NCBI GenBank assembly: GCA_964016885.1
Contig: OZ024743.1
Coordinates: forward strand, 331,266,001 to 331,330,000
Reading direction: 5' to 3'
Length of the DNA: 64,000 nucleotides
From: Eledone cirrhosa
Lineage: Eukaryota
A model generated the notes under the pieces. It had not been told where the DNA came from. It worked only from the letters and a program-made list of their open reading frames with translations, and did no database searches. Shown in pieces: positions 52,422-64,000 of this stretch; the stretch's first letter is position 1; every line of letters starts with the position of its first letter. Both the position numbers and the translations under genes were made by a program.

Positions 52422-52478
52422 CTTAGCTTTTAATGATCCCGAATATTTTGGGATTTTCAATCCATTTTCAAGGAGATT
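52422..52478 (-). CDS. Candidate 57-nt exon (NLLENGLKIPKYSGSLKAK), possibly an upstream or alternative exon of the same gene
   Basis: Poly-C tract plus ctacag acceptor, donor AAG|gtaact, open phase 0-0 frame. No recognised homology. Confidence 0.4.
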
Positions 52479-52705
52479 CTGTAGGGGGGGGGGGGGGGGC
52501 TGAGAAACCTGAGAAATGTTGTAGGCGGCTGTTCGATTTATCTCTCTCTCTATATATATATATGCACAACTTTGTAAAGTTTATTGAATTATTTATGCCA
52601 ATTCAGACATATGCCACTATCACTGTTAATAATTCATGAAGTAGCTATGCTTGACCAGGTCACTAACTGACAACCACCACCCTACATCAAGTAGCCAAAC
52701 TATAG

Positions 52706-54120
52706 TTGTCCCCAAAAACTATCAATGAGATGTTATCCCCAAAAATTATCAACCAGATGTTATCACCAAAATTATCAACCAGATGTTATCACCAAGTTAT
52801 CAACCAGATGTTATCACCAAAATTATCAACCAGATGTTATCACCAAAATTATCAACCAGATGTTATCACTAAAATTATCAACCAAATGATATCACCAAAA
52901 TTATCAACCAAATGTTATCACTAAAATTATCAACCAGATGTTATCACTAAAATTATCAACCAGATGGTATCACCCAAATTATCAACCAGATGTTATTACC
53001 CAAATTATCAACCAGATGTTATTACTCAAATTATCAACCAGATGTTATCACTAAAATTATCAACCAGATGGTATCACCAAAATTATCAACCAAATGTTAT
53101 CACCAAAATTATCAACCAAATGTTATCACCAAAATTATCAACCAAATGTTATCACTAAAATTATCAACCAGATGTTATCACTAAAATTATCAACCAGATG
53201 TTATCACTAAAATTATCAACCAGATGGTATCACCAAAATTATCAACCAAATGTTATCACCAAAATTATCAACCAAATGTTATCACTAAAATTATCAACAT
53301 GTTATCATAAAATTACAAGCCAGATGTTATCACCCAAATTATCAACCAGATGTTATCACCCAAATTATCAACCAGATGTTATTACCCAAATTATCAACCA
53401 GATGTTATCACTCAAATTATCAACCAGATGTTATCACCAAAATTATCAACCAAATGTTATCACTAAAATTATCAACCAGATGTTATCACCAAAATTATAA
53501 ACCAAATGTTATCACCAAAATTATCAACCAAATGTTATCACCAAAATTATCAACCAAATGTTATTACTAAAATGATCAACCAAATGTTATCACTAAAATT
53601 ATCAACCAACTGTTATCACCAAAATTATCAACCAAATGTTATCACCAAAATTATCAACCAAATGTTATTACTAAAATGATCAACCAAATGTTATCACTAA
53701 AATTATCAACCAACTGTTATCACCAAAATTATCAACCAAATGTTATCACCAAAATTATCAACCAAATGTTATCACCAAAATTATCAACCAAATGTTATCA
53801 CCAAAATTATCCACCAAATGTTATCACCAAAATTACCAACCAGGGGCCATTACAAAATTACCAACCAGATGTTATCACAACATTACCAACCAGATGTCAT
53901 CACAACATTACCAACCAGATATCATCACAACATTACCAACCAGATGTCATCACAACATTACCAACCAGGTGTCATCACAACATTACCAACCAGGTGTTAT
54001 CCCCAAAATGAATAACCAGATGTTTCCACCAAACTATCAACCAGTTGTTATCCCACCAAAATTACCAACCAGGTATCATTAAATTTACCAACCAGATATC
54101 ATTAAATTTTTCAACCAGAT
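52706..54120. repeat. 26-bp minisatellite (aaattatcaaccagatgttatcacca), about 50 units, diverging at the 3' end
   Basis: Direct inspection. Confidence 0.95.
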
Positions 54121-54869
54121 ACCCACCAAACCTACCAAACATATATTACCGCCAAACTCAACAAGTAGCAGTTGGCAGCAAACCTCGACAGTGTGTAGTT
54201 AACATGGTGTTTAACAGTGGGAAGTTGGCACCAGATTGGATAGCTGCTATTAAAACAACAATTCATGCCAACCTAAACTATTATTGCTGAATATTAAGTT
54301 AACAGCTTTTAATTGATTTACAAAGAGAGGACACCTTGAAGCTGATCATTAAAATAACTACCCAGTCTGTAGATACAATATATTGTCCAAGATCTACAAG
54401 TTATAAACAAGATCTTTGAGTACATGAAAGCTATGAAAAGATTCAACAACAGAAACGTCTAGATACTTTACAGCTTCCCTTGCTTTACATTTTTTTCTTT
54501 ATCTCCTTTTTTAATGCTTTTTTGCCTCCCTGTCAAGCTTTACTAGCTCTATCCAGATGTTTAAATTGATTAAATAAATACATAATAAATAGAGATTAAC
54601 AGCTGCTGAAGTTGAACCTAAATCCTAATTATCCATAATTTTAAACAGCCACAGTTGAATGTAAATCTGAACAGCCACAAAATAATGGAGCCTTTGTCAA
54701 TTGTTTAACCAACTGAACATCTTAATTATGAAATTAATGTGTAAATAGTTGAGTGTTCTACAGATACATGTATCTTTAATTAAATTCTCATGTAGACTCA
54801 GTGCGTAACACAATGTGAGAAAGTTGGACAATAGAATTACAGGTACAACCTAGCAGAGAGAACAGAAGT

Positions 54870-56340
54870 AGTCATAGTTGATATTTTAGCCTTGGTCAAC
54901 ATATCTGTAGCTATAGTAGATATTGTGACATTGGTCAACATATTTGTAGCTACAGTAGATATTGTGGCACTGGTCAACATATCTGTAGCTATAGTTGATA
55001 CTGTGACCTTGGTCAATATATCTGTAGCTATAGCAGATATTGTGACCTTGGTCAACATATCTGTAGCTATAGCAGATATTGTGGCTACAACTGATATTGT
55101 GGCCTTGGTCAATATATCTGTAGCTATAGTTGATACTGTAACCTTGGTCAACATATCTGTAACTATAGTTGATACTGTGGCCTTGGTCAACATATCTGTA
55201 GCTATAGTTGATACTGTGGCCTTCGTCAACATATCTGTAGCTATAGTAGATATTGTGACCTTGGTCAACATATCTGTAGCTACAACTGATATTGTGACCT
55301 TGGTCAATATATCTGAAGCTACAACTGATATTGTGACCTTGGTCAATATATCTGTAGCTACAACAGATATTGTGACCTTGGTCAATATATCTGTAGCTAT
55401 AGCAGATATTGTGACCTTGGTCAACATATCTGTAGCTATAGCAGATATTGTGGCTACAACTGATATTGTGGCCTTGGTCAATATATCTGTAGCTATAGTT
55501 GATACTGTGACCTTGGTCAACATATCTGTAACTATAGTTGATACTGTGGCCTTGGTCAACATATCTGTAGCTATAGTTGATACTGTGGCCTTCGTCAACA
55601 TATCTGTAGCTATAGTAGATATTGTGACCTTGGTCAACATATCTGTAGCTACAACTGATATTGTGACCTTGGTCAATATATCTGTAGCTACAACAGATAT
55701 TGTGACCTTGGTCAATATATCTGTAGCTACAACAGATATTGTGACCTTGGTCAATATATCTGTAGCTACAACTGATATTGTGACCTTGGTCAATATATCT
55801 GTAGCTACAACAGATATTGTGACCTTGGTCAATATATCTGTAGCTACAACTGATATTGTGACCTTGGTCAACATATCTGTAGCTACAACTGATATTGTGA
55901 CCTTGGTCAATATATCTGAAGCTACAACTGATATTGTGACCTTGGTCAATATATCTGAAGCTACAACTGATATTGTGACCTTGGTCAATATATCTGTAGC
56001 TACAACAGATATTGTGACCTTGGTCAATATATCTGTAGCTACAACAGATATTGTGACCTTGGTCAATATATCTGTAGCTACAACTGATATTGTGACCTTG
56101 GTCAATATATCTGTAGCTACAACAGATATTGTGACCTTGGTCAATATATCTGTAGCTACAACAGATATTGTGACCTTGGTCAATATATCTGTAGCTACAA
56201 CTGATATTGTGACCTTGGTCAATATATCTGTAGCTACAACAGATATTGTGACCTTGGTCAATATATCTGTAGCTACAACAGATATTGTGACCTTAGTCAA
56301 TATATCTGTAGCTACAACAGATATTGTGACCTTGGTCAAC
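54870..56340. repeat. 39-bp quasi-palindromic minisatellite (gatattgtgaccttggtcaatatatctgtagctacaaca), about 37 units
   Basis: Direct inspection. Open frames on both strands follow from the 13-codon unit. Confidence 0.95.
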
Positions 56341-56579
56341 GTTGATCAACCACACCTGTGAGAAGTGTTCCAACCAGGATTGTCGCAATCTTTTCTAGAA
56401 TAGAGTGTGTGTGTGTATGAATGTGTGTGCGTGTGTGCATGAGTGTGTGTGTGTGTGTGTGTGTGCATGCAAGTGTTTGTATGTGTGTGTATGTGTGTAT
56501 GACTGTGTGTATGACTGTGTAAAATACAATGCCAGCTAAATTCTTCAAGTGGTTGTGAGAATAAGAATGTGAATCAGCA

Positions 56580-57230
56580 ATAGTTAGTTGCTATTGGTTA
56601 CATTTGTTTGCTGTGGGCTACTTTTGGTTACCATGGAATATATTTTGTTGCTATGGCAATAAGCAGAGTTTATATTTAGTTGCTATGGCAGAAAACAGGG
56701 TTTATATTTGGTTGCTATAGCAGTGAATAGGGTTTATATTTGGTTGCTATGGCAGTGAATAGGGTTTATATTTGGTTACTATGGCAATAAACAGGGTTTA
56801 TATTTGGTTAAAATGGCAATAAACAGGGTTTATATTTGGTTACAATGGCAATAAACAGGGTTTATATTTGGTTGCTATGGCAATAAACAAACTTTATATT
56901 TGGTTGCTATGGTAATAAACAAACTTTAAATTTGGTTGCTATGGCAGAAAACAGGGTTCATATTTGGTTGGTATGGCAATAAACAGAGTTTGTATTCAGT
57001 TGCTATGTTTTGGTTGCTATGGCAGAAAACAGGGTTCATATTTGGTTGCTATGGTAGAAAACAGGGTTTATATTTGGTTGCTATGATAGAAAATTATTTT
57101 TTGGTTGCTATGGAAATAAATAGAGTGTTTATTCGGTTGCTATGGAAGAAATCAGAGTTAAATTTGGTTGCTATTGCAGTAAATAAGTTTTATATTTAGT
57201 TGCTACAGTAGAAAATCAGGGTTTATATTT
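56580..57230. repeat. 31-bp minisatellite (gtttatatttggttgctatggcaataaacagg), about 20 units
   Basis: Direct inspection. Confidence 0.9.
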
Positions 57231-57349
57231 GGAAGGAATTTGTGTGCAATAAATAGCAATGTCTTATAATATTCCTCGATAAAAACTGAAAGAGGAGATA
57301 AAGGGGGGAGGAGTTGATGGTAGGGTGGCTGGTGTTGACTGTAGAGAGA

Positions 57350-60300
57350 CTGATGGTAAGGATCACTGCTGTTGGTGATGATGGTGCTACTGTTGAGGGT
57401 AGTAGGGTGATGGTAAGGATCACTGCTGTTAGTGATGATGGTGCTAATGTTGGTGGTAGTAGGGTGATGGTAAGGATCACTGCTGTTGGTGATGATGGTG
57501 CTACTGTTGAGGGTAGTAGGGTGATGGTAAGGATCACTGCTTGTGGTGATGCTGGTGCTACTGTTGGGGGTAGTAGGGTGATGGTAAGGATCACTGCTGT
57601 TGGTGATGATGGTGCTACTGTTGGGGGTAGTAGGGTGATGGTAAGGATCACTGCTGTTGGTGATGATGGTGCTACTGTTGGGGGTAGTAGGGTGATGGTA
57701 AGGATCACTGCTGTTGGTGATGGTGGTGCTACTGTTGGGGGTAGTAAGGGGATGGTAAGGATCACTGCTGTTGGTGATGATGGTGCTACTGTTGGGGGTA
57801 GTAGGGGGATGGTAAGGATCACTGCTGTTGGTGATGATGGTGCTACTGTTGGGGGTAGTAGGGTGATGGTAAGGATCACTGCTGTTGGTGGTGATGGTGC
57901 TACTGTTGGTGGTAGTAGGGTGATGGTAACGATCACTGCTGTTGGTGGTGATGGTGCTACTGTTGGGGGTAGTAGGGTGATGGTAAGGATCACTGCTGTT
58001 GGTGGTGATGGTGCTACTGTTGGGGGTAGTAGGGTGATTGTAAGGATCACTGCTGTTGGTGATGATGGTGCTACTGTTGGGGGTAGTAGGGTGATGGTAA
58101 GGATCACTGCTGGTGGTGATGGTGATGCTACTGTTGGGGGTAGTAGGGTGATGGTAAGGATCACTGCTGTTGGTGATGATGGTGCTACTGTTGGTGGTAG
58201 TAGGGTGATGGTAAGGATCACTGCTGTTGGTGATGATGGTGCTACTGTTGGGGGTAGTAGGGTGATGGTAAGCATCACTGCTGTTGGTGATGATGGTGTT
58301 ACTGTTGGGGGTAGTAGGGTGATGGTAAGGATCACTGCTGGTGGTGATGGTGATGCTACTGTTGGGGGTAGTAGGCTGATGGTAAGGATCACTGCTGTTG
58401 GTGATGATGGTGCTACTGTTGGTGGTAGTAGGGTGATGGTAAGGATCACTGCTGTTGGTGATGATGGTGCTACTGTTGGGGGTAGTAGGCTGATGGTAAG
58501 GATCACTGCTGTTGGTGGTGATGGTGCTACTGTTGGGGGTAGTAGGGTGATGGTAAGGATCACTGCTGTTGGTGGTGATGGTGGTGCTACTGTTGGTGGT
58601 AGTAGGGTGATGGTAAGGATCACTGCTGTTGGTGATGGTGGTGCTACTGTTGGGGGTAGTAAGGGGATGGTAAGGATCACTGCTGTTGGTGATGATGGTG
58701 CTACTGTTGGGGGTAGTAGGGTGATGGTAAGGATCACTGCTGTTGGTGGTGATGGTGGTGCTACTGTTGGTGGTAGTAGGGTGATGGTAAGGATCACTGC
58801 TGTTGGTGATGGTGGTGCTACTGTTGGTGGTAGTAGGGTGATGGTAAGGATCACTGCTGTTGGTGATGATGGTGCTACTGTTGGGGGTAGTAGGGTGATG
58901 GTAAGGATCACTGCTGTTGGTGATGATGGTGCTACTGTTGGTGGTAGTAGGGTGATGGTAAGGATCACTGCTGTTGGTGATGATGGTGCTACTGTTGGTG
59001 GTAGTAGGGGGATGGTAAGGATCACTGCTGTTGGTGATGATGGTGCTACTGTTGGGGGTAGTAAGGGGATGGTAAGGATCACTGCTGTTGGTGATGATGG
59101 TGCTACTGTTGAGGGTAGTAGGGGGATGGTAAGGATCACTGCTGTTGGTGGTGATGGTGCTACTGTTGGGGGTAGTAGGGTGATGGTAAGGATCACTGCT
59201 GTTGGTGATGATGGTGCTACTGTTGGGGGTAGTAAGGGGATGGTAAGGATCACTGCTGTTGGTGATGATGGTGCTACTGTTGGGGGTAGTAGGGTGATGG
59301 TAAGGATCACTGCTGTTGGTGATGATGGTGCTACTGTTGGGGGTAGTAAGGGGATGGTAAGGATCACTGCTGTTGGTGATGATGGTGCTACTGTTGGTGG
59401 TAGTAGGGTGATGGTAAGGATCACTGCTGTTGGTGATGATGGTGCTACTGTTGGGGGTAGTAAGGGGATGGTAAGGATCACTGCTGTTGGTGATGATGGT
59501 GCTACTGTTGAGGGTAGTAGGGGGATGGTAAGGATCACTGCTGTTGGTGGTGATGGTGCTACTGTTGGTGGTAGTAGGGTGATGGAAAGGATCACTGCTG
59601 TTGGTGATGATGGTGCTACTGTTGGGGGTAGTAGGGTGATAGTAAGGATCACTGCTGTTGGTGGTGATGGTGCTACTGTTGGGGGTAGTAGGGTGATGGT
59701 AAGGATCACTGCTGTTGGTGGTGATGGTGCTACTGTTGGGGGTAGTAGCGTGATAGTAAGGATCACTGCTGGTGGTGATGATGGTGCTACTGTTGGGGGT
59801 AGTAGGGTGATGGTAAGGATCACTGCTGTTGGTGATGATGGTGCTACTGTTGGGGGTAGTAGGGTGATAGTAAGGATCACTGCTGTTGGTGATGATGGTG
59901 CTACTGTTGGGGGTAGTAGTGTGATGGTAAGCATCACTGCTGGTGGTGATGATGGTGCTACTGTTGGGGGTAGTAGGGTGATGGTAAGGATCACTGCTGT
60001 TGGTGATGATGGTGCTACTGTTGAGGGTAGTAGGATGATGGTAACGATCACTGCTGTTGGTGATGATGGTGCTACTGTTGGTGGTAGTAGGGTGATGGTA
60101 AGGATCACTGCTGTTGGTGATGATGGTGCTACTGTTGGGGGTAGTAAGGGGATGGTAAGGATCACTGCTGTTGGTGGTGATGGTGCTACTGTTGGGGGTA
60201 GTAGGGTGATGGTAAGGATCACTGCTGTTGGTGATGATGGTGCTACTGTTGAGGGTAGTAGGGTGATGGTAAGGATCACTGCTGTTGGTGGTGATGGTGC

Positions 60301-63300
60301 TACTGTTGGGGGTAGTAGGGTGATGGTAAGGATCACTGCTGTTGGTGATGATGGTGCTACTGTTGGGGGTAGTAGGATGATGTTAAGGATCACTGCTGTT
60401 GGTGGTGATGGTGCTACTGTTGGTGGTAGTAGGGTGATGGAAAGGATCACTGCTGTTGGTGATGATGGTGCTACTGTTGGGGGTAGTAGGGTGATAGTAA
60501 GGATCACTGCTGTTGGTGGTGATGGTGCTACTGTTGGGGGTAGTAGGGTGATGGTAAGGATCACTGCTGTTGGTGGTGATGGTGCTACTGTTGGGGGTAG
60601 TAGGGTGATAGTAAGGATCACTGCTGGTGGTGATGATGGTGCTACTGTTGGGGGTAGTAGGGTGATGGTAAGGATCACTGCTGTTGGTGATGATGGTGCT
60701 ACTGTTGGGGGTAGTAGGGTGATAGTAAGGATCACTGCTGTTGGTGATGATGGTGCTACTGTTGGGGGTAGTAGGGTGATGGTAAGGATCACTGCTGGTG
60801 GTGATGATGGTGCTACTGTTGGGGGTAGTAGGGTGATGGTAAGGATCACTGCTGTTGGTGATGATGGTGCTACTGTTGGGGGTAGTAAGGGGATGGTAAG
60901 GATCACTGCTGTTGGTGATGATGGTGCTACTGTTGGGGGTAGTAGGGTGATGGTAAGGATCACTGCTGTTGGTGATGATGGTGCTACTGTTGGGGGTAGT
61001 AAGGGGATGGTAAGGATCACTGCTGTTGGTGATGATGGTGCTACTGTTGAGGGTAGTAGGGTGATGGTAAGGATCACTGCTTGTGGTGATGCTGGTGCTA
61101 CTGTTGGGGGTAGTAGGGTGATGGTAAGGATCACTGCTGTTGGTGATGATGGTGCTACTGTTGGGGGTAGTAGGGTGATGGTAAGGATCACTGCTGTTGG
61201 TGATGATGGTGCTACTGTTGGGGGTAGTAGGGTGATGGTAAGGATCACTGCTGTTGGTGATGGTGGTGCTACTGTTGGGGGTAGTAAGGGGATGGTAAGG
61301 ATCACTGCTGTTGGTGATGATGGTGCTACTGTTGGGGGTAGTAGGGGGATGGTAAGGATCACTGCTGTTGGTGATGATGGTGCTACTGTTGGGGGTAGTT
61401 GGGTGATGGTAAGGATCACTGCTGTTGGTGGTGATGGTGCTACTGTTGGTGGTAGTAGGGTGATGGTAACGATCACTGCTGTTGGTGGTGATGGTGCTAC
61501 TGTTGGGGGTAGTAGGGTGATGGTAAGGATCACTGCTGTTGGTGGTGATGGTGCTACTGTTGGGGGTAGTAGGGTGATTGTAAGGATCACTGCTGTTGGT
61601 GATGATGGTGCTACTGTTGGGGGTAGTAGGGTGATGGTAAGGATCACTGCTGGTGGTGATGGTGATGCTACTGTTGGGGGTAGTAGGGTGATGGTAAGGA
61701 TCACTGCTGTTGGTGATGATGGTGCTACTGTTGGTGGTAGTAGGGTGATGGTAAGGATCACTGCTGTTGGTGATGATGGTGCTACTGTTGGGGGTAGTAG
61801 GGTGATGGTAAGCATCACTGCTGTTGGTGATGATGGTGTTACTGTTGGGGGTAGTAGGGTGATGGTAAGGATCACTGCTGGTGGTGATGGTGATGCTCCT
61901 GTTGGGGGTAGTAGGCTGATGGTAAGGATCACTGCTGTTGGTGATGATGGTGCTACTGTTGGTGGTAGTAGGGTGATGGTAAGGATCACTGCTGTTGGTG
62001 ATGATGGTGCTACTGTTGGGGGTAGTAGGCTGATGGTAAGGATCACTGCTGTTGGTGGTGATGGTGCTACTGTTGGGGGTAGTAGGGTGATGGTAAGGAT
62101 CACTGCTGTTGGTGGTGATGGTGGTGCTACTGTTGGTGGTAGTAGGGTGATGGTAAGGATCACTGCTGTTGGTGATGGTGGTGCTACTGTTGGGGGTAGT
62201 AAGGGGATGGTAAGGATCACTGCTGTTGGTGATGATGGTGCTACTGTTGGGGGTAGTAGGGTGATGGTAAGGATCACTGCTGTTGGTGGTGATGGTGGTG
62301 CTACTGTTGGTGGTAGTAGGGTGATGGTAAGGATCACTGCTGTTGGTGATGGTGGTGCTACTGTTGGTGGTAGTAGGGTGATGGTAAGGATCACTGCTGT
62401 TGGTGATGATGGTGCTACTGTTGGGGGTAGTAGGGTGATGGTAAGGATCACTGCTGGTGGTGATGATGGTGCTACTGTTGGGGGTAGTAGGGTGATGGTA
62501 AGGATCACTGCTGTTGGTGATGATGGTGCTACTGTTGGGGGTAGTAAGGGGATGGTAAGGATCACTGCTGTTGGTGATGATGGTGCTACTGTTGGGGGTA
62601 GTAGGGTGATGGTAAGGATCACTGCTGTTGGTGATGATGGTGCTACTGTTGGGGGTAGTAAGGGGATGGTAAGGATCACTGCTGTTGGTGATGATGGTGC
62701 TACTGTTGAGGGTAGTAGGGTGATGGTAAGGATCACTGCTTGTGGTGATGCTGGTGCTACTGTTGGGGGTAGTAGGGTGATGGTAAGGATCACTGCTGTT
62801 GGTGATGATGGTGCTACTGTTGGGGGTAGTAGGGTGATGGTAAGGATCACTGCTGTTGGTGATGATGGTGCTACTGTTGGGGGTAGTAGGGTGATGGTAA
62901 GGATCACTGCTGTTGGTGATGGTGGTGCTACTGTTGGGGGTAGTAAGGGGATGGTAAGGATCACTGCTGTTGGTGATGATGGTGCTACTGTTGGGGGTAG
63001 TAAGGGGATGGTAAGGATCACTGCTGTTGGTGATGATGGTGCTACTGTTGAGGGTAGTAGGGGGATGGTAAGGATCACTGCTGTTGGTGGTGATGGTGCT
63101 ACTGTTGGTGGTAGTAGGGTGATGGAAAGGATCACTGCTGTTGGTGATGATGGTGCTACTGTTGGGGGTAGTAGGGTGATAGTAAGGATCACTGCTGTTG
63201 GTGGTGATGGTGCTACTGTTGGGGGTAGTAGGGTGATGGTAAGGATCACTGCTGTTGGTGGTGATGGTGCTACTGTTGGGGGTAGTAGCGTGATAGTAAG

Positions 63301-64000
63301 GATCACTGCTGGTGGTGATGATGGTGCTACTGTTGGGGGTAGTAGGGTGATGGTAAGGATCACTGCTGTTGGTGATGATGGTGCTACTGTTGGGGGTAGT
63401 AGTGTGATGGTAAGCATCACTGCTGGTGGTGATGATGGTGCTACTGTTGGGGGTAGTAGGGTGATGGTAAGGATCACTGCTGTTGGTGATGATGGTGCTA
63501 CTGTTGAGGGTAGTAGGATGATGGTAACGATCACTGCTGTTGGTGATGATGGTGCTACTGTTGGTGGTAGTAGGGTGATGGTAAGGATCACTGCTGTTGG
63601 TGATGATGGTGCTACTGTTGGGGGTAGTAAGGGGATGGTAAGGATCACTGCTGTTGGTGGTGATGGTGCTACTGTTGGGGGTAGTAGGGTGATGGTAAGG
63701 ATCACTGCTGTTGGTGATGATGGTGCTACTGTTGAGGGTAGTAGGGTGATGGTAAGGATCACTGCTGTTGGTGGTGATGGTGCTACTGTTGGGGGTAGTA
63801 GGGTGATGGTAAGGATCACTGCTGTTGGTGATGATGGTGCTACTGTTGGGGGTAGTAGGATGATGGTAAGGATCACTGCTGTTGGTGGTGATGGTGCTAC
63901 TGTTGGTGGTAGTAGGGTGATGGAAAGGATCACTGCTGTTGGTGATGATGGTGCTACTGTTGGGGGTAGTAGGGTGATAGTAAGGATCACTGCTGTTGGT
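57350..64000. repeat. 57-bp minisatellite (atggtaaggatcactgctgttggtgatgatggtgctactgttgggggtagtagggtg), about 116 units, running off the window
   Basis: Direct inspection. Occasional 60-bp units. Variant patterns repeat at a 3540-bp offset. Confidence 0.97.

Noticed and set aside
54837-56361. 500-aa and 489-aa repeat proteins on opposite strands
   Set aside because: Explained by a 39-bp quasi-palindromic unit without stops. No splice or signal context.

Overview
Eukaryotic, AT- and microsatellite-rich genomic DNA. The SINE and RTE repeat families point to an octopod cephalopod (Octopus-like); this is an inference. The window is mostly intronic sequence of one minus-strand gene. Four phase-0 exons with GT-AG boundaries (30646-30783, 17158-17241, 13862-13990, 8333-8686) splice into the N-terminal coiled coil of a PLEKHH1/2 (MAX-1, PH-MyTH4-FERM) orthologue carrying the EEKAxKIKEWV signature. 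A fifth 57-nt exon is possible at 52422-52478. The introns contain many truncated copies of an RTE-clade LINE with (GAT)n tails. Most sit next to (TA)n runs, and the longer copies carry a C4HC3 PHD-like finger inserted inside the reverse transcriptase. Also present are a decayed IR/DR Tc1 transposon, a Penelope-like GIY-YIG element with a hammerhead-like motif, a 441-bp fold-back element with a hammerhead-like spacer, R4/Dong-like and Ingi/Vingi-like LINE relics, and tRNA-derived SINEs. Large minisatellites (45, 26, 39, 31 and 57 bp units) dominate 38.7-42 kb and 52.7-64 kb. Nearly all long ORFs in the supplied track are artefacts of simple repeats. There are no CRISPR arrays or prokaryotic features. 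Family assignments rest on recalled motifs; no database search was run.
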